Below, piece after piece: positions 1 to 11,505 of a stretch of 64,000 bases of DNA; position 1 is the stretch's first letter; the number at the start of each line of letters is the position of its first letter. Position numbers and translations under genes: made by a program. The notes beneath the pieces are model-generated. The model saw nothing but the letters and a program-made list of their open reading frames with translations, ran no database searches and had not been told where the DNA came from. This DNA is from Eukaryota sp. TZLM1-RC (Eukaryota; Protista; Metamonada: BaSk clade). The DNA lies in contig JAUPSS010000009.1 of assembly GCA_040285825.1 (NCBI GenBank), forward strand, positions 868,001 through 932,000, in the 5' to 3' direction.

Positions 1-2016
1 AGTGACAGTTCTCATGACAACTTCATAAAGAATGCAAATAGCTTTATCAAAAGTGTCAAAATTTTTGAGAATTTTTACAAAATTTATCATTGTTGAATGA
101 CAGTCACACTTGGAATTAGAAAAGATCATTAACAGATCAATGACAAGTGCTTCAAAATATTGAGAATCAATAGGATAGTGAGAAGAGCTCTCCAAAAAAG
201 TGACCACTTGAGAATTAAAAATTTGACAAATTGCAATATTGCGGTGGAAAAGTGCTGACTTCAAGGTCAAAATATTTGAATTTTTGGGACTTTGACCAGT
301 AACGACAGGAGGAATAGGATTCTCTAATATTTGATGATATAGAACTTCCATAAGGTCGAAATCAATCAAATCACAATCAACTTCCGACTTGATTGACTCT
401 GTAAACGTCAACAAATCCATTTTGTTTTGAACTGACTTATTGTGTAAATCAGTATGCAATAAAAGAGATGCAAATGAAATATAATGAAGATCATTGAAAA
501 TTTTCTTCAAAATTTTGCCCTTGTCACTCTCACTGACACTTTCATTGTCAGTGTTTGAATATTTCACCAATAATTGACCTCCAATAGTCAGCTTCGAGCT
601 CAAAGAAGCGACTAGTTCAGCAAAATGCTCAAAAATTCGATCAATCATTTGAGCTTCCCCAGGCAGATTAGGGATCAAAAGAACAAAATTTGACAGTAAG
701 AACCAAAATTCAGTTGTCGAATCTTTAATCTGAGCAAGAAAAATTTTGGAAAGATGTTTTGAATTGGGATCAGCAAAAATTTCACCAATATTTGTTAAAG
801 GATGTGTGAGTGCTGACCAAGCAACCAAATTTTCAAAATGAAATTTAGATTTATAATGAGCTTGATTATTCCTTGATTCAAAATTTGACAGCATTTCAGT
901 AAGCTTATTGGTATCTGAAATTGGGGAAATTTTCGAAAACAAATTGAAAATTTCAGTTTTGAAGGAATCGGTTTCAGTTTTGGAGAAATCAACATTGGTA
1001 TAATCAAGTTGATGGACAAAATTTTCTAAAATTTTAACAACAGTAGAATAATGATCTCTTTTAGTTGTCAGTTGAGGTGTCAGCAGCTCTGTTAAAATTT
1101 TCGAAAAACAAGACGGTAAGCATGGATGATATTCCAAGAAGCAAAGTTTTGGGAAAAAATTGGTTGTTTCAGACAAATACCCAAAAATTTCAAAAATTTC
1201 GCCCAACAGTACTTCCAAAATTTTCGACTTGGAGTTACTAATAATGTCGACCAATAAATTCAAAAAAGAGATCACTGACACGGGACAGAGATCAATAGCA
1301 CGAGGCAACAAAAATTTCAGTACGCAGAGACATCTGAGCGAAACAATTCTACATCCTATTAAATTTTCAAAATGGGAACTTCTGAAAATAAAAAAATCAG
1401 CTATATTTCCCAACAAAAAATTAGTACAATCACCATTAATACAACAATTTTCACCATTTGTCACTCCCAGCACCACCAAATTATACAAGACAGATCTTAT
1501 TTCAAGAGGAAATTCCGAAAATTTGGAAAAAGATTTTAAAACTAAATTGGGAGAGTTCTTGGTAATTTCTATTAAGGAATCTCTGGCACAAACACGTAGA
1601 GAATTATCAATACCAGTGTCAGAAAATGCAATGCTGAGGGTGTAGTCTAATGTAGATAGAGGAAGGGTGAAGTAGGAAGAGAGACGGGTGAGAGTAGTGA
1701 GGTAACGTACCATAATAGAAGGTTCAGTGTGGAGGTTAAGGTGTGAGGTGATTGTGGTGATGGAGGAGATAAGGGGAGCATGAAGGACAGGAGAAATAGC
1801 AAATGTAGGAAATGTTGAGAGAATACTGAGTTTGACAGGTGTGGATCCAGAAGAAAAGACTTGAGGACATGAGGAGAGAAACTCAGTGAAGTTTGAATCA
1901 GCAAGAGATGTGAAGAGAGATGATGCAAGTGTGGAGTAAGATGCTATGTCAGGGTCCAGTTTGAGGATGGTGGTGATAACATGAGCGTCAGTTTTAAAGA
2001 GAAGACGCTCATACAT
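1..2016 (-). CDS. Large hypothetical protein, 3'-partial (>672 aa), Leu/Ile/Phe-rich, possibly an alpha-helical solenoid (HEAT/ARM-like)
   Basis: Manual translation from the ATG at 2016 (MYERLLFKTDAHVITTILKLDPDIASYSTL...) shows no in-frame stop down to base 1; an in-frame TAA lies just upstream at 2026-2028. The ORF track probably omits it because the stop is outside the window. The fold is inferred from composition only. Confidence 0.8.
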   Translation of the reverse strand, partial: MYERLLFKTDAHVITTILKLDPDIASYSTLASSLFTSLADSNFTEFLSSCPQVFSSGSTPVKLSILSTFPTFAISPVLHAPLISSITTITSHLNLHTEPSIMVRYLTTLTRLSSYFTLPLSTLDYTLSIAFSDTGIDNSLRVCARDSLIEITKNSPNLVLKSFSKFSEFPLEIRSVLYNLVVLGVTNGENCCINGDCTNFLLGNIADFFIFRSSHFENLIGCRIVSLRCLCVLKFLLPRAIDLCPVSVISFLNLLVDIISNSKSKILEVLLGEIFEIFGYLSETTNFFPKLCFLEYHPCLPSCFSKILTELLTPQLTTKRDHYSTVVKILENFVHQLDYTNVDFSKTETDSFKTEIFNLFSKISPISDTNKLTEMLSNFESRNNQAHYKSKFHFENLVAWSALTHPLTNIGEIFADPNSKHLSKIFLAQIKDSTTEFWFLLSNFVLLIPNLPGEAQMIDRIFEHFAELVASLSSKLTIGGQLLVKYSNTDNESVSESDKGKILKKIFNDLHYISFASLLLHTDLHNKSVQNKMDLLTFTESIKSEVDCDLIDFDLMEVLYHQILENPIPPVVTGQSPKNSNILTLKSALFHRNIAICQIFNSQVVTFLESSSHYPIDSQYFEALVIDLLMIFSNSKCDCHSTMINFVKILKNFDTFDKAICILYEVVMRTVT

Positions 2017-4266
2017 TGTTTGGGATTATGATCAATAAAAAACAAAAAAAGGAAAATAGTCTATCAAATAAAAATAAAAACTATTCTGCTTCAGCAATAT
2101 TAGCACGATTTAAACCACTAATCCAGTTCGGATGAAGCCTACCTTCAGGCCAATAGGACACAATGAACTCTTCATCAATTTGATGAAACACGTGGATATT
2201 TGAAGTTGACAGTCAAAGAATCTGGGGTATTTTAATCTGGGGCGTCCTTTTCTTTCAAATGATGAAATGACTGACAGGGAAATAATTTGGAGGGGAATTC
2301 AATGACTGACATCCAACGTATGAGTCCAAAAGGACATAAATTTTTGGTCATATTTTTTGAATTTAAATAAATCATTCAGCAAAAAAAGGCTACAAATTCA
2401 ACAACATCATGAAAACTGATGGTTTTGCTGACTGTATTAAGAACAAGAGAAGATTGCAGGATCAACTAGAAAAACGTTATTTTTTTGAACTGAGCAAACT
2501 ACCCAATTTCAAAGGATTAGCAGAAAACAATGTCGACGTCCTGTCACAGTTGTGCCTCCAGCAGAGGTGCAAGATTGAGGGTAGAAATTACCATCTGAAA
2601 TTTATATTTAAATTCACCTTATGTTGAAAACTGGTCAATTTAATCGTCTAAGTAGTAAATAAATGGAAACACATAAGCAGGAAAATCATTATTCTTATTG
2701 TTAATACAACGTTACATATTTTTATTGTTTCCCTCAAAGTTTGCGAATGACTGTAAATTCCATACTCCCTTATTTATGCTTTTGTTTCAACAGTCTTCAC
2801 CACCATCTTGTCGGAATATGAAGTTAGACTTAAAGTTGATCAACATTGAAGATATCGCGTGTAGAAATTTTTTCAAGAGGTACAGTTGTTTACATATCGC
2901 AATAAATTCCCTATTTTTGGGACAACACTGTGCCAGTAAGTTGTTTATTACTTTCAAAGTGTTGTTTTTGTATACCTGTGGTTCTATAGAAACTGATTTT
3001 CTTACAGCATAATTCTGTTTTTGATACATTGATTTTAATTGATTGTTACAATAATAAAATGAACTATTGATGTCACCCTTGAAAAGATAATTTCTACCAA
3101 TTATTGTATTGAAAACTAAATTAATTCAGATAAAGCAAATATGCATGATCATTACTCAGTCAAATCATTAATGTGGAAATCGTCTTCAACGTTGACTATA
3201 AGGTGGAAGTTGACTTCAGAATTCTGATTCCAGATTGTTTCAGAGACACTTTTTTTGGACATCCGTCAATGAAGTTTTCCATTTTGTTTAGCAATCTGTA
3301 TCTTCATTATTCATTGGGGTCTGCGTCAAAGCCATTTATTTCCTCTAAGGCTGTATCAAGTTGTGGTAGTCATTAAGTGCGGAGAAGAATCTCATCCCAG
3401 AATGAGAATTACGTCGTTTGGACGTTCAGAACTTTTGTTTTAAGTTCCTGATTTAAATGTTCAAGTAGTAGATCCGTCAAAGTCGGAACTGAGAAATCTT
3501 GTACATCAGTAAAATAATCTCTGCTTTGGATGTGGAAAAATATCAAGTTCGAGTTTGTGATGTTAAACAAAGTTGTATTAACCCTGAATAAAATCTACCT
3601 TCATCAATGCTTGTTATGTGGGATAACAGAGGCTCTCGTCAACATCGTTTTGGATCTAAGGTGGAATTAACCTTGGATTCTTGATTATATCAATATTTTA
3701 TAAATTTTTTTCTCAGAAAAATTGTCGAATTTGAGTATTTTTTAATTTTTAATTTTTATTACAATAAAAAACAAACTATACGACAAATTTGAGTTTTGGG
3801 TTATTTATTTCGAGTTCGAATTCGAGTAGAATTTGAGTTGAGAGTTTGGGAATTTTAAGTTGGACTGAAGTTCAATTCAATTTTTGCCCAAACCTATTCC
3901 AGAACGAAAAACAAAAATTATGTACTAAAACTGGTAATCCCAAGTGTACTGCTTCATTTGAACATACAACTCATGAATCACGATAACTGTTAAACACTCA
4001 AACAATCCATTAAAAACAAATTTTCAAAAATGCTGAGAGCACAGTCATCCGCGAAACTTCTTTCATACAGAGAAGTGGTAAGATCCTTGAGAGTGCTTAC
4101 CTTCAATTCTGCGAGGTCCATGAAAAATAATGCGGCAACGAAGCGAAGCGAGAAGCAGGAGTTAGATGAAAGATGTACGTTATTCAAGAAAAATATATGC
4201 ATTTCTGGTGAATTATTATTATTTTTTGAAAGATACACTAATGTTGGGTCTTCAAGATTGTGTTTC

Positions 4267-5121
4267 ATGCATTTCAAGCTCCATTTCAATTGGATTTACG
4301 TTGCATCTGCATTATCTCTAGCGTATTTGCTTGTCCTTTCGATCTATCTTGCTAATGGCAGTTTTGATATCATAGCTAAACGTTCTTTTGATATTGAAGA
4401 GAAACTTCCACCTTATATTTGCCATGCTTTGGGAAGGATTGGGCCCTTGACTGTTTCGAACACACTTGAAGGATTCCTTTTACACTATCACAATGGATGT
4501 CGTTTCTTTGAAGCCGATCTCCACCTTACATCAGATAACGAATTAGTCCTATTTCACAGCAGTAGATCAACCAACGTCACAGAGTTGAGTCAGGTCTTAG
4601 GCGTGGATCAAACTGGTACATACAAGCAGTTCATGTCTGCTCACATGGCAGGACTTACTCAGTTGGATTTGAGAGGGTTGGTCAGTTTAATGGTTAAGTA
4701 TCCCGATTGGTTACTCATAACTGATGTCAAGGCTCCACTCTCAGTCACTCTTCCAATGATTTGCAAGGAAATGCAGAAGGCTGGTTTATCATGTACAAAG
4801 AGAGTTTTGCCTCAATTGTACAACTTTGGTGATCTTGAAGTAGCGAAAGCACTTGGTTTTAAACAAACAATATTAACACTGTACAAGTTGGAAGAGCCTT
4901 CTGCTGAAGATATTCTGAATTTTGTTGAAAAAAACCCTGAAATAGTTGCAGTCACTTTCTTTCCAGATAGATACCCTCCACTTAAGGAAGGTCTTTCAAA
5001 ACTTGATGTTAAGACATTTACTCACACAATAGATGATCCAAAAGAAGTGAAAAAGTACATGGAAGATGGTATTTATGGTGTATATACGAATGAATTGTGT
5101 TCTGGGATAAGCTTCTTATAA
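4267..5121 (+). CDS. Glycerophosphodiester phosphodiesterase (GDPD)-family protein with N-terminal membrane anchor
   Basis: GDPD motifs ICHALG...SNTLEGF...FFEADLHLTSDNELVLFH, ITDVK, FTHTIDD and GIYGVYTN. The likely start is the Met at 4267 (MHFKLHFNWIYVASALSLAYLLVLSIYL, hydrophobic); the ORF is open from 4030. Confidence 0.85.
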   Translation: MHFKLHFNWIYVASALSLAYLLVLSIYLANGSFDIIAKRSFDIEEKLPPYICHALGRIGPLTVSNTLEGFLLHYHNGCRFFEADLHLTSDNELVLFHSSRSTNVTELSQVLGVDQTGTYKQFMSAHMAGLTQLDLRGLVSLMVKYPDWLLITDVKAPLSVTLPMICKEMQKAGLSCTKRVLPQLYNFGDLEVAKALGFKQTILTLYKLEEPSAEDILNFVEKNPEIVAVTFFPDRYPPLKEGLSKLDVKTFTHTIDDPKEVKKYMEDGIYGVYTNELCSGISFL

Positions 5122-5944
5122 ACGAAAATAAACAATGTTATTTTGAACATTTTTTGTTTGTCTGCGGTTCTGTAAAAATTCCCAACTGTACATGTACTAT
5201 TCAGTGATATTTGTTGCATATGAGTCTTATTTAAAAGCTAAAACAAATCAAGTTCAATTACTTTTTGAAAACAAAAGAAGCAAAAAGAGCAAGTTCATCC
5301 AACTCAAACAAATTTTTCCAGGTGTAAGAAATTGGAATGCTTTCAGCTTCGCATATCAACGTGTTTGTTATTTCACTCAAGTCAATTGTGGAAAATGATG
5401 CATTCGGAGAATGTAGTTATATATCAACAGAAACATCAAACTCATTCTATAATGAAACATTTTTGGTTCATTACGTCAATAGTGAAAAACAATCGTCTTT
5501 TTGTAGTCGAAAGGCATGCTAGCTGTAGGATATGGGTTAGGAAAGGCGGGTTAAGACAAGGATAGTTTTATTTAAACTTATATGATGTAAACCAAGGCAC
5601 TCACTAGTGAGATACCTACACTACCTTCTCCCGTTTTCTTGATGAAAATTAATTACACTTTCCGCTTTACTGTTATTTATTCTTCCGCTTCCTTTGCGGA
5701 TAACACTTTTGTTGAGGCACAAGGAGAGCCTGATAACAAATTTGTTGGTAATAATTTCACAGAATTGTCTTTCTATGTCAAGTTGTCTTCTTCGGTGAAG
5801 AAATACAATTTTGTTTTCGAATTTTACCACCACTTTTTCACATGATGTTGCTTTACTGAATTCTGCAAGTAATAATGATAAAGAGACCTTGAAAATAAGC
5901 TTGGTTGTTTGCCACCTGACATTTAGACAAAATGCTTTCCCAAC

Positions 5945-6120
5945 AATGAACAAAAAATACCACCTAGAGCGCTAGTAAATTTCAGGTATTGTGTTAAAAA
6001 ATTGCAACGATAATTAACAATAACTTTTGAAAACTTGGATTTTAATGTTCGTCTTGCTTCGGCCAAAAATGATAACCCCGCTTTCGCAAATCTTTTTAAA
6101 TACCATTCTGTGTTACCAAA
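5945..6120 (+). mobile_element. Short internal fragment of a CRE-like non-LTR retrotransposon
   Basis: Translates to ...VKKLQ..FENLDFNVRLASAKNDNPAFANL, matching family A FESLDFDVRLGLAKKKNPAFANL. Confidence 0.6.
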
Positions 6121-6639
6121 ACAGTTGCTCTTTGTCTTTAATTTCTCAGATTTATTAAATTTATGGTCTTTTTACCTCTCATCTTACCTTTTTAGGTTTG
6201 GGTCCTAATCTTATTTGGTATAAACCCCTATTCAAGATCATCAATAACAGAGAGGTTGGTTTTCCAGTAATGAAATCATAAAATTCACACATTGCCACGG
6301 ATGACACCATAGATGTTGTTTTCCGTTTAAAAATATATATTATTAATTGATGTTAAGACAGTTGACCTAACAAATAATACAAATGCGTATCAAGATGTGA
6401 TGAAAATATTTGGTCGTAACGAATTAACCAAGTAAAATAATGATTTTTTGGTACTCCAAATGAATAAATTTCCTAAATATAAAAGAAATAAACGAAGCTA
6501 ACTGTGAGATTCCATGGTTTTTCAATTTTTTTGAATAAGCGATCAGGACTTGAGGCAAAAAAATTGTTGTCAATGTCTGGTCAGATTGATTTCAACATAA
6601 CTTCAATTTATGAACTTCAATCTAATTTTGTTTACGATT

Positions 6640-8190
6640 TTTCATTTATTTTTAAAACTACAAACGAAAAATCAATTTCTTCAAAACAAGCTTCCACACC
6701 ATCAAACCGTGCAACAGCATTGTTTTCATGATGTTCACTGACAGACATCAAAGCTTTCGAAATCCTTTCTGGAATTGATTTAAAATTAGTAAAAACAATT
6801 CGAGTTAACCTCAAACATAGATCAAAAGGCTTATTCATTCTGCTTTTTACAAAATTTTCAAAATCACAAATAAAATTTATGGCTGTTTCTCCAAGGCGGC
6901 CATAAAAAGATATAGCAAGTGGGCAAATTTGGTAATCCACATGGCAAACATGTTTCAATGCTTTTGAATATTTTTTCCTGTTGTACAATTCTGTATCGTC
7001 AAGGGGGGATACCTCGGATTGTGCATTTCTCAAGGCATTTTCCCAGCAAACAGCCACTGTTACGACATCATCAACATTCAAGACATCATCAAATGAGGGC
7101 ACAATAACGTCAGCACGTCGTTTTCCATCTTCTGAATCTCGTACGTTTTTATTGATATCCAGAGACCCCAACCACGGTTCTACAAATTATTCAATATTTT
7201 AGGAATTACACATTGCATTTATTTGATCTCTGACTGCATCATGCAAAGTAGTACGATAGGAAATAAATCTGTTGCAATTGAATAAATGTGATAATGTCAA
7301 ACCAGCTCCACGTTTGCAAAAACGATCACTGTGCAAATTGTAGGGTCACAAATAACAACGCATTCTTATTGCAGTAGTCCATTGATCGTCATTTAAAAAA
7401 GGCCATAAATTTGGGGAATTTGATTCAACACAACTGCAGATGAACACTCCTTCGAATCAATCAAAAAATTAGCAAAAGCACGATTTACTTCCTTACCCGT
7501 GCTAAGTCGAACAACAAAATCTTTACTTTCAACTTTTCCAAATGATGTCGTTGCAGTATTTTCAACGCAAGTTTCAAAGAAAACAAACTTCTTTTTGGAA
7601 TGCCTTGAATAGCTGAAGGGAAACATGATTGCCATAAGTCGGGAGATAAACTGAATATTTCTTCTCTTAAGTTATTGAGGAATAGACTGTTTGTAGTTTC
7701 AGGAAGATTTTCGGCAAAAGGATATCTTCTAGAAAATTCAAAAATAAAATTTTTTCCACCACCAATAAATGCAGTTTTGATCATATATTTTGATGAACTG
7801 AAACCAACACCGTCAAGTTGAGCATCAGAAAAAAATATGATTTTTCACAATTGACGGATCAACAGACATTAAATAAGCCAAGAAGTCTGAACGTTTTTTG
7901 TTAATGTGTCTAGAAGGACTGTAAGTTAGGGATGGAGGTAGTGATTAAAAGTTAATGGCTCATTTTTCCAGTATAACATATTTTCAAAAAAAACAACTCA
8001 AGATGTCTTTCTAATTCAGGAGTCTTAATGACTTCGAGCTCTTTCTAAATTGAATGCAAATAGTTATAAGAACTATCAAGTGTCTTCGGCAGAACCCAAA
8101 TGACAACCAAATAAACAGAAACTAGTTGAAATATAATCAATAAATGGTACTTTTAGAGAATTAATTATTAACTTAACATTTTTTTCTAGA
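6640..8190 (-). mobile_element. Decayed 3' half of a CRE-like RLE non-LTR retrotransposon (family B)
   Basis: RLE motifs HDAVRDQ, EP, KRRADVIVPSFDDVLNVDDV and RKKY; highly similar to 62222-63150, 51085-51297 and 32170-32690; several stops and frameshifts. Confidence 0.85.
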
Positions 8191-8194
8191 AATA

Positions 8195-8980
8195 CATTTT
8201 CTGGAGTTAAGCAAGGTGATCCTTTTGGGCCTTTACTGTTTTGATACTTCTAACATGAATGAGATTATATTTGAATAATCCCACTTGATCAAGTGCTGTT
8301 AATTCCATAACAGCTCACATTGCGACATTCTCTAAATTGTTAGAAATTGATCACTTTTATATCTTCATTTCAAGTTGCTGTTAGAGACATTGCTTTTATT
8401 ATGACAAGAGAAGCCAAAATCTCATGTATTAAAGAGCCTTTGCTGAAAGAAACACTGTCATTGAATAATTTTGGTTCTGATGGCAGAGGTGATCTATAAT
8501 GTGATTGCATTGATGACTCTGAAGTTGTTGTCGACTTAGTGTTCTGTTGTGTCGCAAATGATACTTTGGTTCAAAGGACAAAAGTTAATCCTGTAAATGC
8601 ACTTGATTTTAAATTCAAAGAAATACATCGAAAATATGGAAAAGATATTGAGGAACCTAATGCTGATAGAAATAGACCACTTGTTTTTATTTCTTTCCCA
8701 TTTTCTATAAACAGAAGACTATCAGTAGATGCAGGAAATTTTTTGAATGATTTTCAGAAAGTGGTTCAAGAGAAAACAATGAAAAGATTCGATGAATTTT
8801 TGTGGCGGCCGCGAATTCAATTTCCTATAGCTAATAGCTTATTTCGGTTCTTTCACCGAAATAGAGAAGTAACTGCGAGAAAACAACCAGATCTGCATTT
8901 TGTAAAGCACATCTTGGTTCATTGAATTTAGTGTCATTAGTGTTTTTTATATATTTTAATTTATTCCAATAAAAAAACTA
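8195..8980 (+). mobile_element. Decayed 3' fragment of a CRE-like retrotransposon (family C-related)
   Basis: SGVKQGDP remnant followed by CIKEPLLKETLSL..GRGD..VANDTLV..KFKEIHRKY, homologous to 40007-40867; ends in AATAAAAAAA. Confidence 0.8.
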
Positions 8981-9186
8981 TACGACAAGGTTAAAATTCT
9001 ATGTCTTCATAACCCAAATCAGCCAAGAAGAACTGACTGTAAGTGTCATTAGTTCTGATTTTGTTTTATTAAGTGTTGAAGTTCAATATAACATGTTGAT
9101 GATCGATTCTATTTTTGTATCTGATCAGACACAAACTTCCTGCCTTACCAGAAGAAACCGCTGCTTCAGTTGTTATTAGTCAAGTC

Positions 9187-11505
9187 ATGTCACAAGATCA
9201 ATACCCAAATGCTCACAGTAGCCCGTTTACATTCCCTGAGCATTCTTCGTCCTTATCACCTCAATGTCAACATCACACACCTTCCCCTTCTGTTGGTTTT
9301 TTCTTTGATACTACTGGTTTGCCTGAGTCCCATGCCGTTTTCCAACAAAATTCTTTTAAAGCCCCTAATGACCTTTCTATGTCCCCACTTCCGGATCAAA
9401 AACCTCCCCATTCAGACAGAGACGGTCTCTCTATCGACTCTTATCATTTTGCAATTGGCACACCCCATGAAGGTCTTCTTGGTAGCTATCCGACAGATCG
9501 CAAGTCGGTTGTAAATCAAGCTTCAAGTAGCTTTCATCACACTCTTCTCCTCACCTATTCTGGTGAAGTTTATGCTTGGGGCTGTAATGATAAAGGTCAG
9601 GTTCTTTATGATGGACCTAAAGCAATCAAATCACCAATCAAACTACCAATCACAAACATTAGCACCATTTCTGCTGGTAATGCTCATTCTTTCGCCCTAT
9701 CTTCTGACGGTGAGCTTTATGGTTGGGGTAGCAATGAACTTAATCAAATCAACATGTCAAACAATAAGTTACTTCCAATTACCCAAATAAACATTCCTTA
9801 TAATATTAAGGAGGTTTTTGGTGGTCATGATTGTTCATTTGCTTTGACTGAAGAAGGTCAAGTTCTCAAATGGGGAGATGGTAAATCATTTGAGTATATG
9901 GCAGAATTTTATAATATTGTTTATCTTTGCATTCAACATCAATCTATTTATGGAAAATTTACTGATTGTATTGCCGCAATTGACAACGCTGGTGATATTT
10001 TCTACTGGGACAGTACTTGCTTAACAAAAATACAAGTAACTAAGTATTTCAACCCTAGAAAACCATTCAAGAGTGGAATTTCTTTTGTTAATGGGGGTGG
10101 TCAATTGCACTCTATTTTTGTTGTTGCTGATAATGGTAATGTTTGGAGATTTAATCTTGGTGATTTTCCTTTTATGATTAAACCCATCAAAGTCTCAGGG
10201 TTGAGTAATGTCGTTTCTATTTTTGGCCAAGGTGGTTTTTCTGCAGTTTCAAATGCTTATGGTAAAGTTATTATTTGGGGTAAGTTGAAAAGATTGAGTG
10301 ATTTATTTGAAGATCGTGATTATAAGCCAATTTGCTTTGAAGCTTTCACTAATGTAGAAGGTATTTCAGTAGGTGATGACTTCCTTTTTGCCTACAAGAA
10401 AAACACTGTTTGGGCTTGGGGAAGGAACCATAAGGGTCAATTAGGTACAGGTGATTTGATCGATCGACCTCAACCTGTCAAAGTCTTTGGATCTGAATTA
10501 TTTGACAATTTTCAATATCCAAAACAACCTTTAGATAGCATGTTTAGTGGTCTCATTAAGTTTGTTTATTGGGAATATTTGAATTATTTGGTAAATCTCT
10601 TTGGTAATCATCCATATGTTAAAGCAAGATTTTACACCAAATGTGGTATTAGTAAAAGGGTAGCCCAATTTGCTCAAGAACTTTTTGAGGAAGTGTTTAA
10701 TGATCATCCAGTCCAAAATAAGAAGTTTTTAAAAGATCCTCAAGATTTAACTTTAACTGAAAATATTTGTGATTTACAATTACAAATATCTACTGATTAT
10801 GATGGTCCCGTAGTTATTAATCCTAGAATTAAAAAACTTGATGTTTTCTTCATTGGCATTGATTATGATCCAGATTTATTGTCTTTGTTCCCAAATTTTG
10901 AAGTTGCTAAGCTCGGTGGATGGACAAGATTTGGCAAATTGTCTGAAAATTTAGCACATTTGTCCAATCTCAAATATCTAGAGCTTACATTTCCCTTTAT
11001 TATAGAAGAATTACCCACTTCACTAGTGAAGTTAGTGCTTCAAAATGACATTGAGGTTGCTGATTTAAGCTACCTTACATCATTACAAGAGTTGGTGGTT
11101 TCCGCTGGTTCGTTCAATTTTGGTTACTCTGTTGCAAATAGGGTATTAGAAGGACAAATACCTTTACCTCAATCCCTTATTAGATTGGAAGTTTGGTTGC
11201 AAGATTCTGTTTTTGCTCATATTCAATTACCAAATTTGAAGGAATTGATAATTGATGGCAAGGTTCCTACCAATATCACTGAACAAAACTTTCCTGCTTT
11301 GAAATTCATTCAATTGATTAGACCTGAGGAGTTTAGTTTGGTACATTCCCCTCTATCTCTAACCACACTTATTAATCAAGGTTTAATTAAATCTGTTAAA
11401 CCCATTAAGAATGAATATTTGGTTGAATTATCTTGTTTTCCGTGGTGGGTCCAGTATCCAGCATCATCTCAACTTTATGAAACTGCTCATAACTTTCACC
11501 ATTAA
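9187..11505 (+). CDS. RCC1-repeat protein with C-terminal leucine-rich-repeat-like region
   Basis: RCC1 repeats (HTLLLTYSGEVYAWGCNDKGQ, ISAGNAHSFALSSDGELYGWGSN, VWAWGRNHKGQLGTGD) and LRR-like segments (LSNLKYLEL, LPTSLVKLVL, LTSLQELVV, LPNLKELII). First ATG in the open frame is 9187. Confidence 0.85.
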   Translation: MSQDQYPNAHSSPFTFPEHSSSLSPQCQHHTPSPSVGFFFDTTGLPESHAVFQQNSFKAPNDLSMSPLPDQKPPHSDRDGLSIDSYHFAIGTPHEGLLGSYPTDRKSVVNQASSSFHHTLLLTYSGEVYAWGCNDKGQVLYDGPKAIKSPIKLPITNISTISAGNAHSFALSSDGELYGWGSNELNQINMSNNKLLPITQINIPYNIKEVFGGHDCSFALTEEGQVLKWGDGKSFEYMAEFYNIVYLCIQHQSIYGKFTDCIAAIDNAGDIFYWDSTCLTKIQVTKYFNPRKPFKSGISFVNGGGQLHSIFVVADNGNVWRFNLGDFPFMIKPIKVSGLSNVVSIFGQGGFSAVSNAYGKVIIWGKLKRLSDLFEDRDYKPICFEAFTNVEGISVGDDFLFAYKKNTVWAWGRNHKGQLGTGDLIDRPQPVKVFGSELFDNFQYPKQPLDSMFSGLIKFVYWEYLNYLVNLFGNHPYVKARFYTKCGISKRVAQFAQELFEEVFNDHPVQNKKFLKDPQDLTLTENICDLQLQISTDYDGPVVINPRIKKLDVFFIGIDYDPDLLSLFPNFEVAKLGGWTRFGKLSENLAHLSNLKYLELTFPFIIEELPTSLVKLVLQNDIEVADLSYLTSLQELVVSAGSFNFGYSVANRVLEGQIPLPQSLIRLEVWLQDSVFAHIQLPNLKELIIDGKVPTNITEQNFPALKFIQLIRPEEFSLVHSPLSLTTLINQGLIKSVKPIKNEYLVELSCFPWWVQYPASSQLYETAHNFHH

